From assembly GCA_024275415.1 (NCBI GenBank), contig JAJRZD010000025.1, positions 30,001 to 62,000 of the forward strand: a DNA stretch of 32,000 nucleotides. Direction: 5' to 3'. A program made the position numbers and the translations under genes. Below, piece by piece: positions 25,257-32,000 of this stretch. This stretch comes from an archaeon (GTDB taxonomy: Archaea; Asgardarchaeota; Thorarchaeia; Thorarchaeales; Thorarchaeaceae). How positions within the stretch are numbered: the first letter of the stretch is position 1; each line of letters starts with the position of its first letter. Under the pieces are notes generated by a model, which worked only from the letters and a program-made list of their open reading frames with translations, did not search any database and had not been told where the DNA came from.

Positions 25257-27224
25257 CTACTGTAATCGTTTCCAGAAAAACACAGTTCCAATCAGGACTG
25301 GGAGAAATGCCAGTCCGAAAATCACTAGGAGCGAATTGATTCGTGGATTGTGGTCTAGTCCGTCAGGTGTGAGATCGAAGTCGTAATCAGGCCGAAGGGG
25401 GTCAAGACCTTCAAGAAGCTCTAACTGGTCTCGGAGACCATCGCCATCCGTATCATCGCTCAGTGGATTCATGCCTAGAGCAACCTCTTCGACATCAGGC
25501 ACGCCATCGAAGTCACCATCAGCGGACATTGGATCAGCACCATGTAGATATTCATCGAGATTGGTAAGAGTGTCATTATCTGGATCCTCAAGGGCGTCGT
25601 CTACAAGAGGGTCTGTCAAGAAAGAAACCTCCCAGAAATCGTCCATGCCATCTCGATCGGTGTCTGTGCTATTTGGAAAAGTGCCCAGTGTGTGTTCACG
25701 GATATTAGTAAGCCCATCAGCGTCAAGATCACCGAGCTGGTCATTCCGGAGAGGATCAAGTCCATAGTCCACTTCATACCCGTCAAGCATAGAATCGTGA
25801 TCTGTATCACGGATGAAAATGTCAGTTCCTGCAATACGCTCCTCGGTATCAGAAAGACCATCGTGATCCCAATCTATTGCTGGTACGGGGTCAGGCCACG
25901 AATACTGTTGCGAATCAGGAACGTCGTCGCCATCAAAGTCGAATTGATAGTCGAAGACGAGCTGTACCTGAATAGAGCTGTTCCCCGTGTTCCGGACAAG
26001 AGTCCTTCGTGGGCCTATCCCCGGAGATTCCGAGAGAGTCGCAGAAGCGGTCTGACCGGAGAGTGTCACGGCATCGATGAGATTGCCCTCATCGTCCTGA
26101 AGCTGTATGTCGATACTGGCTGATGCATTGGCAGTCATCTCCACAGATAGGGGAGAACTGATCGACATCATCTTCCAATCCACAACGGATTGAAGACTCT
26201 CAAGCTCTAAAACAAGCTTCTCGCTCACATCATTCCCATTGCCACTGTAAGAGAGAAAGACAGCCAGAGACGCGGATGCCTTGGCAAGTGCAAGAACTTT
26301 ATCGAGACTATAGTCACTGCTATAGATTGATTCGACAGGAGGGTTGTCAGGATCAATAGTATCCCGACCTTCAACATGAACTGTGGGGATGCCTTTTGGA
26401 AGGTACACGACCTGATCTGAGAGGTCGAAGTCATTCGCAGTAACAGTGAGGATATCTCGACCGTTCCTGAGAAGAAAGACTCGCAACAGTTCTGCAAGAA
26501 AAGATGATTGTCTATAGGGTTCTGTCAAATCCACTCCAGCATAATAACCCTCGTCAGCAAGCATCAGTCCCTCGAAGTCATAAAGTGCAAGAATATCAAT
26601 ATTATTGTCTATGAGATAATCGGAGATTTCCTCAGCTCCGTAGTACAATGGTACCAAAGTGCCACTAGGAAGGTAATCGCCGGATTTTGAATAAGATGGA
26701 AAACTGAAATACACATCAATTGATAGCCGGTAATTGCTTAATATCTCGGCGATGAGAAGAAGCATTGCACATGCTCCGGTATTAAAGTTGAGAGGGTATT
26801 CGAAATTAATCTCGGTATCAAGATAAGCTGAAAAGATAATGGCTCTGTCGTCATTTCCAAATCCCTTCTTGACACCCATAAGCGATTGGTGTTCACCCTC
26901 GTACCATGTTTCTACACCAAGAGCTTCAAGCTTTTGTGAGATGTATTCAGCCGCGTCATAATATGCCTCGGGCTCTGTCAGCATATGTCTGGTCTTGTAT
27001 TTGTCGATCCCGCTCATATAGGTCACAAGATCCGATGTGAATGCGAGTTCGTTGGGAATATCCCACCAATTGAGGTCATTAAAGTAATGAGGTTCAATCA
27101 CATCCGAGTCTGGTGAACCCGAGTCACCGTTTTGAAACAGAGAGGGGAACACATAAACAGAACCGATGAGGAATATCACGATGAGTGCAACGAACCCTGT
27201 AATTCTTCTGCGAGATACAGACAT
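25257..27224 (-). CDS. Surface protein: degenerate M28 peptidase-like domain, beta domain and about 9 TSP3-like Ca-binding repeats, with N- and C-terminal TM
   Basis: AAEYISQKLEALG, IIFSAYLDT and SDQ show the M28 fold. DxDxDG-type repeats at about 25370-25945. C-terminal TM followed by WKRLQ. Start taken at ATG 27224. Confidence 0.8.
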   Translation of the reverse strand: MSVSRRRITGFVALIVIFLIGSVYVFPSLFQNGDSGSPDSDVIEPHYFNDLNWWDIPNELAFTSDLVTYMSGIDKYKTRHMLTEPEAYYDAAEYISQKLEALGVETWYEGEHQSLMGVKKGFGNDDRAIIFSAYLDTEINFEYPLNFNTGACAMLLLIAEILSNYRLSIDVYFSFPSYSKSGDYLPSGTLVPLYYGAEEISDYLIDNNIDILALYDFEGLMLADEGYYAGVDLTEPYRQSSFLAELLRVFLLRNGRDILTVTANDFDLSDQVVYLPKGIPTVHVEGRDTIDPDNPPVESIYSSDYSLDKVLALAKASASLAVFLSYSGNGNDVSEKLVLELESLQSVVDWKMMSISSPLSVEMTANASASIDIQLQDDEGNLIDAVTLSGQTASATLSESPGIGPRRTLVRNTGNSSIQVQLVFDYQFDFDGDDVPDSQQYSWPDPVPAIDWDHDGLSDTEERIAGTDIFIRDTDHDSMLDGYEVDYGLDPLRNDQLGDLDADGLTNIREHTLGTFPNSTDTDRDGMDDFWEVSFLTDPLVDDALEDPDNDTLTNLDEYLHGADPMSADGDFDGVPDVEEVALGMNPLSDDTDGDGLRDQLELLEGLDPLRPDYDFDLTPDGLDHNPRINSLLVIFGLAFLPVLIGTVFFWKRLQ

Positions 27225-27457
27225 AGTCCTTACCAAACCTTCGAGTTGGCATGGGGTCGGTTCCAATAAATAGACAACGGAAGAAGCAATGGTGCACTGG
27301 CCCTTAGACATCCCTATTGTGAGGAGATATCTACTGCCATAGATAAATGTTCATAGTCAGTCAGGACCTGAAAACATATGAACGGATTCATCAACAACGA
27401 CCACTTTTTATATGCGATTTCAAAACGCAGGAGATAATTTATTCAGGAGTTACAAAG

Positions 27458-28564
27458 ATGTCATATGACCGCTGTGTTCGATGTGGCTCATGTCTGAAGA
27501 TATGCCCCATCTTTGATGCTATGGGAGAGGAACAATACTCGCCACGAGGAAAGACCTATCTCTTGCAGATCATGGATCAGATAGAGCAGGATCCAGAGGC
27601 AGCCAAGGAGTTTCGCAGGCTGCTGTTCATGTGCACCATGTGTGGGCGGTGCAAGGAAACCTGCTCCTCTGATGTTGACCTATTGGCTATCTGGCATGAG
27701 CAAAGAGGAAAGTCAATACGAGAGCATCCTGATGAGTTCGCATATCTGAAACCGCTGCAGGAAGCTTTGGAAAATGTCCAGAATATATACGGACTCGATC
27801 CAGAGGATAGAGCCATGTTCTGGCTAGATGAACTTGAAGACGAGATTCCGGGACTTGCGGACAAAGTCTATGAGCCGGGTAAGAAAGCAGAGGTAATGGT
27901 GTTCATTGGTTGCTTGATGTCATTCAGGAGTTCACAACTTGATGTCCTTCGGGCATTGCTAACGACACTATGGAAAAGTGGCACCGACTATCTGGTCATG
28001 GGCGCCGAAGAGTTCTGCTGTGGGCATCCCCTATACCTTATCGGTAATGACGAGGGTGCCATTGAGTTGCGGAAACACAACAAGGCGGTCATCGAGGATG
28101 CAGGTGCAAAGAAAGTCATCACATGCTGCCCTGGCTGCTTGATACAACTCAAGCAGTACCACGATCTTGGGGATATAGAAGCCCTTCATCACACTCAGTT
28201 CTTCGACATGATGTACGATGAACTTCCTACGTACAAGGCTGAGAAACCCTTTGCGTACCATGACCCTTGTGAACTTCATCGAATCTTAGAAATCAAAAAA
28301 GAACCTCGTTCACTCATGGATAAGATGCATGTGGATTATCGGGACATTGAGCCAACCTGTTGCGGTGGCGGAGGTCTTTTGAGAATAACTGATCCAAATC
28401 TGAGTGACATCATCATTCAGATGAGAGCTGCAAGTCAGCACTTGAAGGATACCACTGTTCTCACATGCTGTCCTTCCTGTAGGGAACAGCTGTTGAGCAA
28501 CGAACTAAAGACTCGTGATATCATAGAATTGGTATCGGAGATCATTGAAGAGGTGGGTGAATAG
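27458..28564 (+). CDS. Fe-S oxidoreductase with 2x[4Fe-4S] and two CCG domains (GlcF/HdrD-like)
   Basis: CVRCGSCLKICP, CTMCGRCKETC, FCCGHP, TCCPGC, YHDPC, CCGGGG and TCCPSC. CAGGAG precedes ATG 27458. Confidence 0.9.
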   Translation: MSYDRCVRCGSCLKICPIFDAMGEEQYSPRGKTYLLQIMDQIEQDPEAAKEFRRLLFMCTMCGRCKETCSSDVDLLAIWHEQRGKSIREHPDEFAYLKPLQEALENVQNIYGLDPEDRAMFWLDELEDEIPGLADKVYEPGKKAEVMVFIGCLMSFRSSQLDVLRALLTTLWKSGTDYLVMGAEEFCCGHPLYLIGNDEGAIELRKHNKAVIEDAGAKKVITCCPGCLIQLKQYHDLGDIEALHHTQFFDMMYDELPTYKAEKPFAYHDPCELHRILEIKKEPRSLMDKMHVDYRDIEPTCCGGGGLLRITDPNLSDIIIQMRAASQHLKDTTVLTCCPSCREQLLSNELKTRDIIELVSEIIEEVGE

Positions 28565-28565
28565 A

Positions 28566-29903
28566 ATGAAAATACGCGACTATGTGATTGGAGCTAATGC
28601 TTCAATGTACTATCGGCTAAATTTCAAGAAGATCAAGGGCGTTTACTATCCGAAATCTGAGCAGGAACTCATTGATATTGTGAAGATAGCACGAGAGAAA
28701 GGTTACGGAGTGACCCCTAAGGGAGGAGGCTCTGGACTGAGCGGAGCGTGTACCGGCGGTGACAGAGAACGGATAATGGTCAGTAGCCTTCGCATGAATC
28801 GAGTGCTTACAATCTCAAAAGACCAGAAATATGTCGATGTCCAACCAGGTGCGACTCCCGATGAGATAAATGCGATGTTGGAACCAATGGGGATGAAGTT
28901 CTGGGTTGCCCCGAGTAGCAGGGACATAGCAACAGTGGGAGGCATTCTTAGCACCGATGGAGGAGGAAATGACACATGGAGAAATGGGACGATGAGGGAC
29001 AACACCCTGCGGGTAAGAATGGTCCTATACGATGGTTCCATACTTACGGTAGACTGGAGTGGAGTTAAATGTGAGAACAAAAAAATCGAGAAGGCGCTAA
29101 ACTCAAAGGGCATGACCGTCCACGATGTTGCCGGGTCACATGGGACACTCGGTTTTATCACAGAGATAAGGGTCAGGATCAATCCAATCCCAAAGCATAC
29201 TCTTAGTGGTGGTGTAGCACATTATGATGACCTCAATGAGCTAGGCGATGTCTTAGCAAAGATGATCAATGAGAAGTGTTCAATCTGGTATGGTGAAGCC
29301 ATAGCAGAGGCACATCCTGATGTCCGAGGCGATATGAAACCACCATTGCTTATCCTTGAGGTTCCAGAGGAGAACACTTGCGACCTGAAAGGAATCACCG
29401 GATACAAGCCCATCTCTAAAGAAAAGCTACAGCAATACAAAGACACACGAATCAAGCTTCCAAAACGGAACCCGAATGAAGGAATGCAAGTCGCTCTCTT
29501 TGAAGGGTATGGATTCCATGGCACAAGTCTTCGGAAGATGCAAGACTGTGTCAATGAGATCAATGACCTGTTGAGAAGCCATGACCTTGAACCATTTGCA
29601 AAGTATGGGCACGGCCCCAGCAAATGGTATCTTGGCGATAATTCGCCAGCTTATGGCATTGTGTTACATTCACGTGAAATCAGGCCTCCTGAAAAGAGCG
29701 GACCCGAAGTCTTTGAGGCTGTCAAGGACATTGTGGCATTATGCAAGAAACTTGGTGTGACTCCAAAGCCCGAGCACAAATGGCCCTTCTCAGATGAAGT
29801 GAAGAATGCTCGTCTGAGTGAGATTAGACAAGCACTGGGTGAAGGATTCAACGAATTTCTGCTAGATTCGAAATGCTATGATGTGCTTGCGTCAATGGTC
29901 TAG
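28566..29903 (+). CDS. FAD-binding oxidoreductase (GlcD/D-lactate dehydrogenase, VAO/PCMH family)
   Basis: PKGGGSGLSGA, VQPG, ATVGG and HGTLGFITE. Starts 1 nt after the Fe-S gene stop. Confidence 0.85.
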   Translation: MKIRDYVIGANASMYYRLNFKKIKGVYYPKSEQELIDIVKIAREKGYGVTPKGGGSGLSGACTGGDRERIMVSSLRMNRVLTISKDQKYVDVQPGATPDEINAMLEPMGMKFWVAPSSRDIATVGGILSTDGGGNDTWRNGTMRDNTLRVRMVLYDGSILTVDWSGVKCENKKIEKALNSKGMTVHDVAGSHGTLGFITEIRVRINPIPKHTLSGGVAHYDDLNELGDVLAKMINEKCSIWYGEAIAEAHPDVRGDMKPPLLILEVPEENTCDLKGITGYKPISKEKLQQYKDTRIKLPKRNPNEGMQVALFEGYGFHGTSLRKMQDCVNEINDLLRSHDLEPFAKYGHGPSKWYLGDNSPAYGIVLHSREIRPPEKSGPEVFEAVKDIVALCKKLGVTPKPEHKWPFSDEVKNARLSEIRQALGEGFNEFLLDSKCYDVLASMV

Positions 29904-29948
29904 CATACGACAAGGGCACAGAATACTTTCGGAGAAGTCTCTGTGCCC

Positions 29949-29956
29949 TTTATATA
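29949..29956 (+). promoter_or_regulatory. TATA box of the Orc1/Cdc6-like gene
   Basis: TTTATATA, with ATGs at 29976 and 29985 at a suitable distance for a near-leaderless transcript. Confidence 0.55.
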
Positions 29957-29984
29957 TGGTTCACCAGACAAATGTATGATAACG

Positions 29985-31121
29985 ATGAAGAGGGTGGATA
30001 CGAGCCCAAAGGGCCTCTTCGATCCCTACTATGTCCCAAAGTACCTCTTGCACAGAGATAGGGATCTTGAAACGATTGATGGAATCTACACTGACTCATA
30101 TTATGATGAATATGGTGTCAATTGCCTTGTCCATGGGATAACGGGCGTTGGCTCCACCGTGTTCAGTAGATATTTTCTCACTCGGCTAGTTCCTGAGAGA
30201 TTCGACGCATATACGATATACTGTGATGTGAAGAACAAGGATCTATTGGAAATCATTTCTGAGTTGAATGAGAAGATCCACTATGAAGCCAAGAAACCCG
30301 TTACGTTCACCTTTGACCTAGATGTCATGTGGCTGGACTTCAAGCGAACTGCAAGATCAAGCAGTAAAAGAACAGTCTTCGTGCTTGATAACATCGATGA
30401 GCGCAGTGAGGAGGTCTACGCCAAGATAGCCCAACTGTCAAAGGAAATCAACGCGAGCACTATTGGTGTGCTGAATAGTCACGACTATCGGTTGCTTACA
30501 AAAAGTCATGCACGCTCAATGGCATATGATTTTGAGATAGCGCTAGACACGTACACTCAATCTCAGCTCTACGATATTGTTAGGTTGCGAGTAGAAGAAA
30601 CATTCTCTCAAGGTCTGACTGACGACATCATCAGATACATCACTGATTGTGTGGTAGAGTTCGATGCGTCAAAGCCGAAGACATCCATTGAAGCGTTGAG
30701 AGTGTTATGGCCCCTTGCAAGGAAAGGAAAAGAGATTGATTCTGATGCAGTACGCGCAGCAACTGCAGATATCATCCCCTTCGGACAAGATCAGGATTAC
30801 TTGGACATCATCGACACCATTAGCATGAATGATTTCATGACATTGATTGTACTGGAATGCCTTGCAGAACATCTTATGCGCTTCAAAACTGAAACATATA
30901 TCGACAGAAATACACTTGACGAGATTGTCCAGATCAAATGCGAAGAACTGGATATCCGCTATGTGATTGATGATATCTACAGGTCACTTCAGACACTTAT
31001 TTTTCAAAGCGTCATCTTTGAGTCGAAACACTCGAGGAATCTCCTATACATATTGGTACCACCTGAGATCCTTTATGATGCTGCTGTGAGTCTGAGAAGA
31101 GAACTCGCACGAAGGAAATGA
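29985..31121 (+). CDS. Orc1/Cdc6-like AAA+ protein with degenerate Walker motifs
   Basis: LFDPYYVPKYLLHRD, HGITGVGST, FVLDNID, YTQSQLYDIVRLR and a C-terminal wHTH-like region (CEEL...LQTLIFQSVI). Confidence 0.82.
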   Translation: MKRVDTSPKGLFDPYYVPKYLLHRDRDLETIDGIYTDSYYDEYGVNCLVHGITGVGSTVFSRYFLTRLVPERFDAYTIYCDVKNKDLLEIISELNEKIHYEAKKPVTFTFDLDVMWLDFKRTARSSSKRTVFVLDNIDERSEEVYAKIAQLSKEINASTIGVLNSHDYRLLTKSHARSMAYDFEIALDTYTQSQLYDIVRLRVEETFSQGLTDDIIRYITDCVVEFDASKPKTSIEALRVLWPLARKGKEIDSDAVRAATADIIPFGQDQDYLDIIDTISMNDFMTLIVLECLAEHLMRFKTETYIDRNTLDEIVQIKCEELDIRYVIDDIYRSLQTLIFQSVIFESKHSRNLLYILVPPEILYDAAVSLRRELARRK

Positions 31122-31247
31122 GTTCCTAAAAGTCTCTGTCCATGATTCATATCACGGCATAAAGATGCAATACAAAAATGAGATGATAGTAAAAAAGCGG
31201 GAATAGTGTGGATCGTAATACCGACCACACTGGTTCCTCAAGTAAAT

Positions 31248-31688
31248 CTACTCGCCTTTCATGGCTTTCTTGGCTGCGACCTCTTCTTTGGCCCATGCCT
31301 CGATATCTGCACCACCGACGAGGGCAGTGAATTCGCTCATATCGTCGGGCTCAATCACAGCGATCCAGCCTGCACCATAGGGATCTTCATTTAGAAGGGC
31401 AGGGTTATCTTTGAGGGCTTCATTGACCTCAACAAGGGTACCACCGACTGGGGACTTGACTGCGCCGGTCCATTTACCTGATTCTAGCGTTCCAATGCTC
31501 CTACCTGACTTTACGGCCTTGCCAGCAGGACGGAGACGAATGAACTTGATCTTACCAGCTGCATACGCTCCGAGCTCAGTGATTCCTAGTCGTATCTTCC
31601 CGCCTTCATCCTTCAGCCATAGCGAATCGGTTTCGCTACCAAAATAGCGCAAATCGTCGGGAAAATTGAATTCATCTACCTGTACCAT
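31248..31688 (-). CDS. gcvH: Glycine cleavage H-like lipoyl carrier protein
   Basis: RLGIT, GTLESGKW (lipoyl Lys), SPVGGTLVEVN, LLNEDPYGAGW. AGGTGA RBS. Confidence 0.9.
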   Translation of the reverse strand: MVQVDEFNFPDDLRYFGSETDSLWLKDEGGKIRLGITELGAYAAGKIKFIRLRPAGKAVKSGRSIGTLESGKWTGAVKSPVGGTLVEVNEALKDNPALLNEDPYGAGWIAVIEPDDMSEFTALVGGADIEAWAKEEVAAKKAMKGE

Positions 31689-31887
31689 GGTTCAATCACC
31701 TAGTGCGTTTACAGACTACAGCCTGTATAAGACCGTTTCGGAAAAATGTTCCTTGCCAAATAATGCAGTAATTTGAAGAGAAGACGCTGATTAATAATGG
31801 GTTCTTTCACAAAAATGAAAATCTTATCATTGTTTGTTGTTCAAAAGTGTGATTTGTATTACAGTACCGAAGAATAGAACCCCATGA

Positions 31888-31998
31888 TTAGTCTGTATTG
31901 TCCCCATTCATCAGTTTCTGGAGGTCTTCCAGTTCATCTACGGTCACCTCAACATATACGGAGCCCGAGTACCCACAGGACTCCTCTTCACAGTAATA
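31888..31998 (-). CDS. 3' end of a small Zn-ribbon-like protein (partial, not in the ORF track)
   Basis: My translation: YYCEEESCGYSGSVYVEVTVDELEDLQKLMNGDNTD*. The YxC...CGYxG knuckle is typical of small archaeal Zn-ribbon proteins. Confidence 0.6.
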   Translation of the reverse strand, partial: YYCEEESCGYSGSVYVEVTVDELEDLQKLMNGDNTD

Positions 31999-32000
31999 TG

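Noticed and set aside
25365-25945. Repetitive GTC/ATC-rich DNA
   Set aside because: Explained by the Asp-rich TSP3 protein repeats. No constant repeat-spacer pattern, so not CRISPR.
31122-31247. AT-rich gap next to the Orc1/Cdc6-like gene as a replication origin
   Set aside because: Short, no ORB or mini-ORB repeats found, and the adjacent initiator looks inactive.

Overview
Gene-dense archaeal chromosomal window with about 35 CDS. I saw no rRNA, tRNA, CRISPR array or transposase. The gene content and protein styles suggest an Asgard archaeon, probably Thorarchaeota (inference only). Recognisable genes: universal stress protein, M29 aminopeptidase, DSD1-type PLP enzyme, RIO kinase, CcdA plus a TlpA-like thioredoxin, XPB/Rad25 helicase, KaiC/RAD55-like ATPase, APH-like kinase, DUF2240, a divergent RFC small subunit, a core MetE-like methyltransferase, two tandem BCP peroxiredoxins, malic enzyme, an M28-like/TSP3 surface protein, a GlcF/GlcD-like Fe-S/FAD pair, a degenerate Orc1/Cdc6 and a GcvH-like lipoyl carrier. 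The strongest candidate system is a full-length (bacterial/eukaryote-type) XPB and, about 3.8 kb downstream, a 567-aa protein carrying a second copy of the XPB N-terminal domain. That architecture matches the XPB-p52/Tfb2 clutch pair of TFIIH, and the two genes flank a remodelled RFC subunit. Other points of interest: a possibly structured leader upstream of XPB, an unannotated 20-codon mini-gene, apparent pseudo-enzymes (Cdc6, M28) and an AT-rich orphan gene. All calls come from motif recognition by eye; no database searches were run.
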